Assembly: GCA_000432995.1 (NCBI GenBank) | Contig: HF972654.1 | Span: 28,839 to 70,836, forward strand | From: Clostridium sp. CAG:1013 | Lineage (GTDB): Bacteria; Bacillota; Clostridia; Oscillospirales; Acutalibacteraceae | Direction: 5' to 3' | Length of the DNA stretch: 41,998 bases | Shown: one piece after another, positions 24,711 to 33,543 of the stretch | How positions within the stretch are numbered: position 1 is the first letter of the stretch | Layout: each line of letters starts with the position of its first letter | Position numbers and translations under genes: made by a program | Notes under the pieces: generated by a model | What the model saw: only the letters and a program-made list of their open reading frames with translations | Database searches by the model: none | What the model was told of the DNA's origin: nothing

Positions 24711-26948
24711 ATGCGCTTATGGTACGAAAATCCAGCGGAAGACTGGAACAGCGCTTTACCTTTGGGCAACGGTAAGCTTGGAGCCATGGTATTTGGCCGC
24801 CCGCTGAAAGAGCGGATCCAGTTAAATGAGGACAGTGTCTGGTCTGGTGATTTCCGGGATAGGGTCAATCCGGATGCTAGGGAAAAACTGCCAGAGATTC
24901 GCCGTCTGATGGAGGAAGGAAAGATCCGTCAGGCGGAAAATCTGGCGAAACTTGCTTTAGCCGCCACACCGGAGTTTGAGCGGATGTATCAGACACTGGG
25001 AGACATATATCTGGAGATGGAAGCGCCCAGTGAAAACGTAGAGGATTACTGCCGCCAGCTGGATCTGAACAGCGCTTTGTCCACTGTGACCTACACCTGC
25101 GGCGGGAAGAAGTACCAGAGGGAGACGTATATCAGTGCCCCTCACAATGTGATGGTGATCCGCCTGACCGCCCAGAAAAAGGCAAGTATCAGTTTTCAGG
25201 TGAGGATGCACCGTGGACGGTTCTTTGACAGTTCCCTCCAGGACAAGGAGAACCAGGCTGTGTATTACACTGGCGGGGAAGGAATCCGGTTTTGTTCCAT
25301 GCTTCGAGGGGCCGCGGTTGGCGGTTCCGTAGAAGTGGTGGGTGAGTATCTGACGGTGACAGGCGCTGACGAAGCAGTGCTCTACTGGACCGCCGCCACC
25401 ACCTACCGGGTAGAAGATCCTGTGGAGGAGTGCAGACGTGTTTTGAAAGCTGCCGCCGCTCTGCCGGAAAGAGAGCTATGGCAGGCGCATTTGCAGGATT
25501 ACCGGGAACTGTATGAAAAGTCCACGCTGACACTTTCTGGGGACGAGAAGCTGGAAGAACTTCCCACCGACCAGCGTTTAGCCAGAGTTCAAAAAGGGGA
25601 AACAGACCTGGGCTTGGTGAACTTGTACTACGCTTTTGGCAGGTATCTCACCATTGCATCCAGCCGTCCCGGGTCTTTACCCTCTACTCTCCAGGGTATT
25701 TGGAACGATAAAATGGAGCCTGCCTGGGACAGCAAATACACCATCAATATCAATACGGAAATGAACTATTGGCCGGTGGAACCCTGCAATCTGTCTCAGT
25801 GCCACCAGCCGTTCTTTGAGCTTCTGGAAAAGATGTATCCCCGGGGCAGAGAAGTGGCAGAGAAAATGTACGGCGCCCGTGGGTTTGTGGCACATCACAA
25901 CACAGACCTGTGGGGAGACTGCGCACCTCAGGACAGCTGTATCTCCTCTACTTATTGGATGATGGGCGCAGCTTGGATGTGCACCCACATTTGGGAGCGT
26001 TATGAATACACCCTAGACCGGGAGTTCTTGGACCGGTATTTCTACCTGCTCAGGGACGCCTGCCTGTTCTTTGTGGATTTCCTTACACGAGATGAAAAAG
26101 GCCGCTGGGTGGTATTTCCCACCTTGTCTCCGGAGAACACTTACCGGCATCCCAGCGGGGAGAACGCCTGCCTGGCCAAGGGCTGCGCCATGGACAGCCA
26201 AATCCTTACAGAGTTGTTCCAGGGGTGTGTCCAGGCCTGCGAAGTGCTTGGAAAGGAGCTGGAACTAGCGAAAGAACTCAAAGAACGCCTCAAGGATCTG
26301 CCGAAGCCAGAGATCGCTTCCAATGGAACTTTGAAGGAGTGGCTGGAGGAATACCCGGAGGTGGAAATAGGACACCGCCATATTTCCCATCTTTTTGCCC
26401 TGTATCCTGGGCATCAGATCACTCCAGAGGAAACTCCCCAGCTTGCTGACGCCGCCCGAAAGACACTGGAGCGGAGACTTTCTCATGGAGGGGGTCACAC
26501 CGGTTGGAGCCGGGCGTGGATCATCAATTTCTGGGCTGCCCTGGGAGATGGGGAGAAGGCGGGAGAAAATGTCCGGTTGCTGCTGGACCGTTCCACGCTA
26601 CCCAATCTGTTCGACAACCACCCGCCATTCCAGATCGACGGCAATTTCGGAGGCGTTGCCGGTATCACCGCAATGCTGCTGCAAAGCTCTTCACATAAGG
26701 TAAAGCTCCTGCCGGCGTTGCCCCAGGATTGGGCCGACGGTAAGGTGGCAGGCATCCGCGCCAAGGGAGGTTTGACCGTTGACCTGCAATGGGTAGGCGG
26801 GACCTTAGAGAAAGCATGGGTCACGGCGGATCACCCTTATGAGGGTGTGCTCTCTTACCAAGACCGCCAGATAGAGCTGCGGTTGAACCCGGGAGACAAA
26901 GTGGAGATCCTACCGGAAAAAGATAGCCTTGTGTGCCGTACTTTATAA
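24711..26948 (+). CDS. Glycoside hydrolase family 95 (alpha-L-fucosidase/alpha-L-galactosidase)
   Basis: ALPLGNGKLGAM, NEDSVW, LQGIWN, YTININTEMNYW, HRHISHL and PPFQIDGNFG; GGGAGG RBS before ATG 24711; no signal peptide. Confidence 0.95.
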   Translation: MRLWYENPAEDWNSALPLGNGKLGAMVFGRPLKERIQLNEDSVWSGDFRDRVNPDAREKLPEIRRLMEEGKIRQAENLAKLALAATPEFERMYQTLGDIYLEMEAPSENVEDYCRQLDLNSALSTVTYTCGGKKYQRETYISAPHNVMVIRLTAQKKASISFQVRMHRGRFFDSSLQDKENQAVYYTGGEGIRFCSMLRGAAVGGSVEVVGEYLTVTGADEAVLYWTAATTYRVEDPVEECRRVLKAAAALPERELWQAHLQDYRELYEKSTLTLSGDEKLEELPTDQRLARVQKGETDLGLVNLYYAFGRYLTIASSRPGSLPSTLQGIWNDKMEPAWDSKYTININTEMNYWPVEPCNLSQCHQPFFELLEKMYPRGREVAEKMYGARGFVAHHNTDLWGDCAPQDSCISSTYWMMGAAWMCTHIWERYEYTLDREFLDRYFYLLRDACLFFVDFLTRDEKGRWVVFPTLSPENTYRHPSGENACLAKGCAMDSQILTELFQGCVQACEVLGKELELAKELKERLKDLPKPEIASNGTLKEWLEEYPEVEIGHRHISHLFALYPGHQITPEETPQLADAARKTLERRLSHGGGHTGWSRAWIINFWAALGDGEKAGENVRLLLDRSTLPNLFDNHPPFQIDGNFGGVAGITAMLLQSSSHKVKLLPALPQDWADGKVAGIRAKGGLTVDLQWVGGTLEKAWVTADHPYEGVLSYQDRQIELRLNPGDKVEILPEKDSLVCRTL

Positions 26949-26986
26949 AGACGGAGTAGACAGGGTAAATCATACAGGAGACAAAG

Positions 26987-27017
26987 AAAAAAGGTCCAGA
27001 TTTTTCTGGGCCTTTTT
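26987..27017. terminator. Bidirectional terminator
   Basis: AAAAAAGGTCCAGA-TTT-TTCTGGGCCTTTTT. Confidence 0.75.
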
Positions 27018-27062
27018 CCTGTTCAGTCAAATTTGAAGCAAGATGCCGGATTTTAAGGAAGG

Positions 27063-27410
27063 TCACTCCGCAGACTCTTCCGGATGGTCGTGGCAGCAGT
27101 CTTCACAACCACTGCGGCCACAGTCGACGGAGGCTTTTCCTGCCTCGGCTCGGGCACCGAAAAAGACAGGCACCTGGACTTTCAGCTTTTGACTGATGGT
27201 AAACTGGCACACGCCCTCCTCGCAGCCGGGACACATGTCACCTCCGGTGCGAACTACAGGCTGGCCAAGGCACTGGACTTTCACGTTACCCACCTGGCCA
27301 TAAGGCTTGATGGTCACCGGTACGCAGACGGTGACATCTTGATAGCTCATTGCAGGGCAGGCCGGCTCGTCCATAGATTCCACAGGTCTGTTTTCAAATT
27401 CAGCATTCAT
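27063..27410 (-). CDS. Small Cys-rich protein, possibly spore coat/exosporium
   Basis: 115 aa from ATG 27410 (AAAGGAG RBS); many Cys (CVPV, CLG, CPGC, CQF, DCGRSGCEDCC); overlaps the GT stop. Confidence 0.75.
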   Translation of the reverse strand: MNAEFENRPVESMDEPACPAMSYQDVTVCVPVTIKPYGQVGNVKVQCLGQPVVRTGGDMCPGCEEGVCQFTISQKLKVQVPVFFGARAEAGKASVDCGRSGCEDCCHDHPEESAE

Positions 27411-29409
27411 AGGGAAAACTCCTTTCAGGATCGGGTTCATGGAGAATGTGGTAAAGGAAGCCGATGGCCTCGTCCATGGGAATGCCGTCGTGGCCTTTGT
27501 CCGGGCGGTAGTGAAGGATCACCTGGATGGGGTGGTATTCCTTGATGGAAGCCATGGTCTCGGCATTTTGTAAAAAGGGAACCAGCTGGGTGGAATTGTC
27601 CGCGGTGGAACACAGGTTCACGTGAAGATAGATAGGTGGCACATACTGATGCTTCTCAAAGGCATCCACGATACTGAACCGTTCCTGGTATTTCAAGGCG
27701 CTGCCGATGTTGTCAAAGGAAAAAGTGATGACCGAATCCAGGGCGTCTTTGTAGATCCAGTTGCGCACGTCCAGCTGGGCATTATCCGCCACCACCTTGG
27801 CGCCTTTCAGGTAGATGCCCATCATGATGGAGAGATAGCCTCCGGCGGAAGTGCCGAAAATGGCGGTATCCTCCAGAGCGATCCCCATTTTCTCGATGAT
27901 CTTCTTCAACAGCAGGCTGCTGGTTTCCAGGTAGTAGTTCTCGTTCTTTCCAATGCCCCACCCGATCTGCAAATAGCGGTTGAGATAAAGGGTAGGGTCC
28001 ATGCAGAACACAGAAGAGGTCCTTAACAGCTTTGCCCAACTATGACGCTGAAAGACGGGGACGGACACATTGCCCTCGGCCACAGCGCCGTTGTGAAAGA
28101 CGATCAGCTTATCGCTTTCGCTACGCCGGTTTATCAGGTACTCGTAGGGCACACCGTCTTTCAGTACGCGGAGCACGTACATGAAGTCCCGCTGGATCTG
28201 GTAACTGTCCAGATCGTAATCATGGATGGTGATCTCCGGATAGGGAAGCCTTTTCAGCTTCACGTGGGAGCGGTATCTTTCCAGGGTCTCTCGGATCAAA
28301 TCCTGGGTCTTTCGGACTTCCGTTTTGATGTCGTACTCGTCCCCAATGGGAAACTTTTCCTTGTAGCCGTCATACTGGTTCAGGTAGCGCAGCATCACGG
28401 CCGCCAGCTCTTTTTCGTCATAGGGGATGAGATCGCCGCAGTGGTATTTCTCGATCACTTCTCGGGCCACCCCCACATCGGTTGAGATAATCGGCGTGTT
28501 CAGCATGACGCTTTCCACCAGCACAAGGCTGAATCCTTCGCTGAGGGAAGTCAGCACGGTGGCCACGCTGTGCTTCATATAGGGATAAGGATTCTCTTTG
28601 AATCCCAGGATCTTGGCGTTTTCCTCCAGGTCGTTTTCGCGAATATACTTTTCCAGGGCTTGTCTTTCCTCGCCCTCGCCCAGAAGATAGACCATGAAAT
28701 CCTCCCGCAGCTTTTTCACTTCTTTGGCTGCTTTCAGCAGCAGGATCTGATTTTTGTTGTAGTCCAGTCTCCCCAGAGTGGTGAACAACGGTTTGTCGGG
28801 AAGGTCCACCGCCTCCTGACAGAGCAGCTCCATTTTTTCACTGTCCACAGAGTTGGAGATCTTCACCACGTTTTCCGTGACTCCAAACAGGTCCCGTAAA
28901 GTTTGTTCCACCACATCGGAGATCACCGCGATGGAGTCGAAGGATTTCAGGACGTTCGCCTGCATTTGGAATTCCTGTTTCGTCTGTTTGTACTCCTTGG
29001 AATCCTCCGGATATTGGCGGTAGTCCAGTTCCCGCATGTCGCCCCGGATCCACAGGATCTTTGCGCAGCCCTTGATATACGATGCAAAGTAGGAGGGCGC
29101 GTTGTGGTTGCAGGCGATGACGCAGTCATAACTTTCTCGGATCCGCTTATTGAAGCTCATGGGATCCCCTAACAGGTGGTAGTACTCATTGAGGGCCCGC
29201 TGCTCGTCCAAATCCTCTTGGGTGTAGTCGATGAGCGGGTCTAAGATTTTCACGTTGCTGTGAAAGATGGAATTGTTGGAGTTTTTAAAAAGCGGCAATA
29301 CGCTCAGATCGTATTCCGCCGGGTCCATACGGTTGAGCACGTCTGCCAAAGATTTTTCCGTGCCGTACCCATAAGACACACTCCAAGTGATAAATAAAAG
29401 CTTTTCCAA
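27400..29409 (-). CDS. GT4-type glycosyltransferase fused to an alpha/beta-hydrolase-like domain
   Basis: GRLDYNKNQ, GFKENPY and SLSEGFSLVLVES (GT-B); C-terminal domain with a GTSAGG nucleophile elbow and a late His (KGHDG); start uncertain (29418/29415/29409). Confidence 0.85.
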   Translation of the reverse strand: MEKLLFITWSVSYGYGTEKSLADVLNRMDPAEYDLSVLPLFKNSNNSIFHSNVKILDPLIDYTQEDLDEQRALNEYYHLLGDPMSFNKRIRESYDCVIACNHNAPSYFASYIKGCAKILWIRGDMRELDYRQYPEDSKEYKQTKQEFQMQANVLKSFDSIAVISDVVEQTLRDLFGVTENVVKISNSVDSEKMELLCQEAVDLPDKPLFTTLGRLDYNKNQILLLKAAKEVKKLREDFMVYLLGEGEERQALEKYIRENDLEENAKILGFKENPYPYMKHSVATVLTSLSEGFSLVLVESVMLNTPIISTDVGVAREVIEKYHCGDLIPYDEKELAAVMLRYLNQYDGYKEKFPIGDEYDIKTEVRKTQDLIRETLERYRSHVKLKRLPYPEITIHDYDLDSYQIQRDFMYVLRVLKDGVPYEYLINRRSESDKLIVFHNGAVAEGNVSVPVFQRHSWAKLLRTSSVFCMDPTLYLNRYLQIGWGIGKNENYYLETSSLLLKKIIEKMGIALEDTAIFGTSAGGYLSIMMGIYLKGAKVVADNAQLDVRNWIYKDALDSVITFSFDNIGSALKYQERFSIVDAFEKHQYVPPIYLHVNLCSTADNSTQLVPFLQNAETMASIKEYHPIQVILHYRPDKGHDGIPMDEAIGFLYHILHEPDPERSFPYEC

Positions 29410-29430
29410 AAGCATCACCCCACGTTGGTC

Positions 29431-29501
29431 ATTCTATGAGGGAGTGGGAGGAAAGGTGCGAACCCGGCGCGGGAACCGGTTGTGCGGTACACTCATAGGA
29501 T
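29431..29501. promoter_or_regulatory. Back-to-back sigK-like promoters
   Basis: Minus: CACC-16 nt-CATAGAAT (29458-29431). Plus: AACC-16 nt-CATAGGAT (29474-29501). Both match the sigK consensus mACm-N16-CATA---T. Confidence 0.6.
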
Positions 29502-29541
29502 GGGGTAAATCCAGAAAAACGGGAAATACGGGTGATAACAT

Positions 29542-30126
29542 ATGAAAAAGCTGTGGCCAGCCATTAAGAACATCTTGTCCCGGATCTCTTTGGTGGACCG
29601 GTTCCTGATTTTGTTTATGTTCCTTTTGTTTTGCTATATGGCTTATCAGCTGTTCTCCGGAGGCCTTTTCGACGAGAACAACACCATCGATGTAATCGTG
29701 CAAACCTCCGCCGCCACGATTTTCGGGTACTTCATCAGTGTGAATTCTCTGACTGCCGTCCCCAAAAAGGAGTCCATCTCCCGGTCGTCCACAACAACCT
29801 CCGGGACGGAGCCGGTTTCTCAAGAGAAGGGTCCGGTGGGGGTGAAGATTGGATTTCAGGATCCATCCGGGGAATCCCAGACAGAAATGGGGAAGATCAC
29901 CGTTTCAGAGACTCCCGATGCCTCCAAAGGGACCTGCGGGAAACTGCAAATCTGGGTGGTGTCAGCGGTGGGGCTGTTGTCTCTGGTGATCCTTATCGGA
30001 GCGAAAGGATATCCCGATGTAACCCCAGAACTGACTGCCCTAGTCTCCCAGCTGCGAGATTTCCTCTTTGGCTGCATCGGGTTTCTGGTGGGCTGCGGCA
30101 AAAACGCTGTGCGTGAAATCGACTAA
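29542..30126 (+). CDS. Hypothetical membrane protein (about 4 TM)
   Basis: Two hydrophobic pairs separated by a Ser/Thr-rich loop; GGGTG RBS; followed by a hairpin at 30131-30160. Confidence 0.75.
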   Translation: MKKLWPAIKNILSRISLVDRFLILFMFLLFCYMAYQLFSGGLFDENNTIDVIVQTSAATIFGYFISVNSLTAVPKKESISRSSTTTSGTEPVSQEKGPVGVKIGFQDPSGESQTEMGKITVSETPDASKGTCGKLQIWVVSAVGLLSLVILIGAKGYPDVTPELTALVSQLRDFLFGCIGFLVGCGKNAVREID

Positions 30127-30210
30127 ATAAAGAAACCGGCCTACAATCAGGCCGGCTTCTCTATTTTAGGAGCGTACATCAAACCACGCATACAGGCGAC
30201 ACGTCATATT

Positions 30211-30378
30211 TTAGTCGCATTTCTCGGAAGAAAAGCTTCTTTGGGCAGAAATGGTAAACAGCGTGTCGGCAAGTTGTGTCAAGATCACGCCCAGCAGGTT
30301 CAGTTGATCGTCATCCAGTTTGCAGGCAAGGGTGTTCGCGACTGCTGTGATCGAAGCGGTCAATTCACATGGATTCAT
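30211..30378 (-). CDS. DUF6774-like small protein
   Basis: MNPCELTASITAVANTLACKLDDDQLNLLGVILTQLADTLFTI; GGAGGG RBS; upstream CATAGAAT -10. Confidence 0.75.
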   Translation of the reverse strand: MNPCELTASITAVANTLACKLDDDQLNLLGVILTQLADTLFTISAQRSFSSEKCD

Positions 30379-30447
30379 GAGAGATCCCTCCAAGCCATTC
30401 TATGAAATACACTGGCGGAAGGCTCTTCCCTTTTTGAGACTGATTTT

Positions 30448-31134
30448 TCAGCTTTGGGAGGCGTTCTTCTCGTACACCACGAATTTCTGGTTTCGATCAC
30501 AAACAGCCAGGATCACGTCTTTAGAAGAGTGGATGTGGCGCTGTTTCAGCTGCTTGTCCAGCCAAGTCGCGTCAAGCCCCATTCGCTTCAAATTATCCTC
30601 TAGCACACGACCGTCCATAATCAGCTCTGTAAACAGAAGCTCCTGATCCGGGGCCAATCCCATATCGTTGGGGGTGGCAGGGCGTTGACTGCTTACCGGA
30701 AGAATGGTCAGTTTTCCGTTGTACTCAAAGACTGCTGTTTGAATGCTAGTCAAGTCAAAATACCCTTGCTGTCTGCACATGACCATAAATTCGCTTAAGT
30801 CCAGCTTCGATTTTTTCAGGTTTTCATAGTACAGTTTCCCATGATCTAGGAGGATCGTTGGAGTTCCGTTCAGATACTTCCGGGACCGGGGGAACTTGCT
30901 GGAAATGAAGCTCAGCAGTACCGTGATCCCTCCGTAAATGACCATAGCGGTCAGCGGTTTCCAGGGCTTTTCCAGCTCGGTGGCCATCTCAGCCGCAATA
31001 GAGCCGATGGTTATCCCTGTGATGTAATCAAAAAAATCAAGCTGAGAAATTTGTTTGTGACCTATGAACTTGGCCACCAAAAATAATACCCCAAATGATC
31101 CTGCGGCAGTCAGGCAAAGCTTGAGAAAACTCAT
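30448..31134 (-). CDS. DUF421/YetF-family membrane protein
   Basis: GHKQISQLDFFDYITGITIGSIAA, GTPTILLDHGK and AVFEYNGKLTIL; upstream sigG-like GTATG-17-CAGAATA (31189-31161). Confidence 0.9.
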   Translation of the reverse strand: MSFLKLCLTAAGSFGVLFLVAKFIGHKQISQLDFFDYITGITIGSIAAEMATELEKPWKPLTAMVIYGGITVLLSFISSKFPRSRKYLNGTPTILLDHGKLYYENLKKSKLDLSEFMVMCRQQGYFDLTSIQTAVFEYNGKLTILPVSSQRPATPNDMGLAPDQELLFTELIMDGRVLEDNLKRMGLDATWLDKQLKQRHIHSSKDVILAVCDRNQKFVVYEKNASQS

Positions 31135-31628
31135 ACAGCATCCCCTTCGGTTTTATTCTCTATTCTGGTCCGGATCTTGCGGATCATACAGGATCGAACA
31201 GTGTTTCTTCAAATAGGTCGCCCTTTCTCAGGTTATGCATTGCCGGATCCAAAAGGGGCAAATATCATTTCGAATGTAGCGCTAACGTACATCTGTCCTA
31301 GTGGAGGCCTGCCAAAAGAAACTGATGTCGCACCGCTTGACAGGAAGGCGGGAATGGACAATAATATCCCTACCAGTAGGTTGCCCAGGAAGATTGATTT
31401 ATAAAAATGAGGTAGGTGGGTCATCCACTGTTACTGGAATTAAATAATTCTGTCACGCCTCTGATGGATATGATAGGAAAAGCCCCTAGCTTATTGGCTG
31501 GGGGCAATTTTATGCAAAAAATGATGCTCTGTATTTTCGAGAGCCGCCCTAGAGGAGTGTAACACCCTAGAGGGAGCGAGACTATACTGTGGTGTGTACA
31601 CCTCTGTAAACTTGCGAAAGGAGGAGCT

Positions 31629-32456
31629 ATGACACAGAGCAGGATTTTACAGACTCAGGAAAACAGAATCACTCGTGGGTTTGGGAATGGTCACAGCGGC
31701 GTGGATCTAGGCTGGCAAACCACCCAAACAGACGGTATACTTGCCCACAGCCAAGGCACAGTGACTTTTTGCCAAACTGGGTACGGCAATGATCAGGGGG
31801 CTGGGGGAAATGCTTCTTACGGAAATTGCGTAAAGATCAAGCATCCTAACGGGTATAGTACGCTCTATGCCCATTTGAATACGGTAGCTGTACAGAATGG
31901 GCAGAGCGTGGAAAAGGGTCAACAGATTGGAACCATGGGGAATACGGGAAACAGTTACGGAAGCCACCTGCATTTTGAAGTGAGGGATACTTCCGATACC
32001 TGCATTGACCCGGCACCCTATCTCTCTGCAGATCTACCAGATCTAAAAACTGAAACAGAAATGGAGGAACCGGACATGACAGAGGCAGAAGCCCGAAAGA
32101 TTGCTCAAGAAGAGATCAGCAAGTATTTCATGGAGCTGGAAAAGGAAGAGGCATCTCCGTGGGCGCAAGTTCCTGTAAAGACGATTGTAGACCGCGGTAT
32201 TATGAATGGGGACACCAACGGAAACTTTCGGCCCCAGGACGCAATCACTAGGGAAGAGGTTGCCGCTGCACTAGTCAACGCGTTAGGAATCGATAAAACG
32301 GTTTCCGATTGGGCCAAGGAAGCCTTTGAAAAAGCCTCAGCAGTGGGATTCTTAGACGGCACCATGCCCAGGGAGTCATTGACCCGAGAACAATTTGCCG
32401 TGATTCTGGACAAGCTGGGGCTGATTCCTTCGGCGGCAGATAAAGTAAGTGGATAA
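31629..32456 (+). CDS. M23 family peptidoglycan endopeptidase with C-terminal SLH-like repeats (endolysin-like)
   Basis: HSGVD (HxxxD), YAHL and HLHFEV (HxH); SLH-like WAQ...GIMNGD..FRPQDAITREE; no signal peptide; AAGGAGG RBS. Confidence 0.88.
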   Translation: MTQSRILQTQENRITRGFGNGHSGVDLGWQTTQTDGILAHSQGTVTFCQTGYGNDQGAGGNASYGNCVKIKHPNGYSTLYAHLNTVAVQNGQSVEKGQQIGTMGNTGNSYGSHLHFEVRDTSDTCIDPAPYLSADLPDLKTETEMEEPDMTEAEARKIAQEEISKYFMELEKEEASPWAQVPVKTIVDRGIMNGDTNGNFRPQDAITREEVAAALVNALGIDKTVSDWAKEAFEKASAVGFLDGTMPRESLTREQFAVILDKLGLIPSAADKVSG

Positions 32457-32496
32457 GAGCCAGACGGTTGGGTTAGATGTTCTCTTGTCAAATGAG

Positions 32497-32538
32497 AAAA
32501 CCCGCAGTTTGCCGGTAAACGGTGACTGCGGGCTTTTT
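32497..32538 (+). terminator. Intrinsic terminator after the M23 gene
   Basis: CCCGCAGT...ACTGCGGGCTTTTT. Confidence 0.75.
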
Positions 32539-32612
32539 GCTAACTATAGTGTATGCTATAGCAGGTTTGCTGGGGAATCCATACAAACCAATTCCTAGAA
32601 AAAACAAAAAAG

Positions 32613-32655
32613 AAAAAACCGCTAGAACCAGCATGAATACTGGGTTTCTAGCGGT
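32613..32655 (-). terminator. Terminator hairpin after the tRNA-Ser pair
   Basis: ACCGCTAGAA...TTCTAGCGGT with a U-tract on the minus strand. Confidence 0.7.
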
Positions 32656-32657
32656 CT

Positions 32658-32747
32658 TGGCGGAGAAGGAGGGATTTGAACCCTCGCGCCGGTTTCCCGA
32701 CCTACTCCCTTAGCAGGGGAGCCCCTTCACCACTTGGGTACTTCTCC
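32658..32747 (-). tRNA. tRNA-Ser (GCT)
   Basis: GGAGAAG...CTCCC-CT-GCT-AA-GGGAG, long variable arm, GTTCAAATC, 3' CTTCTCCGCCA. Confidence 0.97.
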
Positions 32748-32800
32748 ATGGTGAAGATCTATAACAAACGATAAAGCTGTTGTTTAGCGTGACTGGCAGG

Positions 32801-32889
32801 TGGCGGAGAGGAAGAGATTCGAACTCTTGGTCCCTTGCGGGATCACTAGTTTTCAAGACTAGCTCCTTAAACCACTCGGACACCTCTCC
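32801..32889 (-). tRNA. tRNA-Ser (TGA)
   Basis: GGAGAGG...CTAGT-CT-TGA-AA-ACTAG, long variable arm, GTTCGAATC, 3' CCTCTCCGCCA; upstream TTGACT-17-TATCAT promoter. Confidence 0.97.
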
Positions 32890-32931
32890 ATGTCTGACGC
32901 TGGTATATGATATCACATGTTTTTTCAAAAG

Positions 32932-33354
32932 TCAATGACTTTTTTTCAAGAGATTTTGTTTTGTTTGATCTTCCAGGGATGGCTCCCGGCAAAATTCGCA
33001 CAGAGCCATGGCAGGAAGAGAAAGACCTACCCATAAAAAGGAGTAAGGCAGGCATACTTGCCCAAAGAGGTTAAAAGGTACCGTGGAGTAGTCCCAGATA
33101 TCAAATCCCAGCAGGCGGTTGAGGAGCAATCCCAGTACAAGCTCCACAGCTGTGATAATGCCGGCTCCGGCCAAAGAACGACTGATTATGTTTTTATCCT
33201 TCAACAGATCGCAGCAGATATGATTGATCAAGCAAAGGCACATTCCTCCGGCAAGCGCCATGGACGAATGTGTCTCTCCTCTCCAGAGCATTTCGATAGC
33301 TGGATAGGTCCAGCTTCCGGCCATAAAAAGAAGGGCGTCCTGATACAGATACAT
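32932..33354 (-). CDS. Small membrane protein (putative ABC-transporter type IV/CmpB-like permease family)
   Basis: Y..IEMLWRG.THSSM...GG and IWDYSTVPFNLFGQVCL motifs; GGGAGG RBS. Confidence 0.8.
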   Translation of the reverse strand: MYLYQDALLFMAGSWTYPAIEMLWRGETHSSMALAGGMCLCLINHICCDLLKDKNIISRSLAGAGIITAVELVLGLLLNRLLGFDIWDYSTVPFNLFGQVCLPYSFLWVGLSLPAMALCEFCREPSLEDQTKQNLLKKSH

Positions 33355-33543
33355 AGTAATTCTTCCTCCCTGATTCGCAGCGGCGTTTTTTTAGTATTCG
33401 CAGCAGGATCCTGTTTATTTCATCCAAGTGAATTAATCGAACTACTTGTATTTTCCACCCCTTTTCCCTTATAATAACAAGGGAAGCCTTCGGGCAGCTT
33501 TGTGATGCTGGGAGGCAGAAAAAACAGGAAGGAAGTGCGGCGT

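Noticed and set aside
30411..30425. TGGCGGAAGG as a possible att duplicate of the tRNA-Ser 3' end
   Set aside because: Only about 7 nt of identity, expected by chance; no integrase present
32710..33055. Short ORFs over the tRNA region
   Set aside because: They overlap the tRNA-Ser genes and their promoter; spurious
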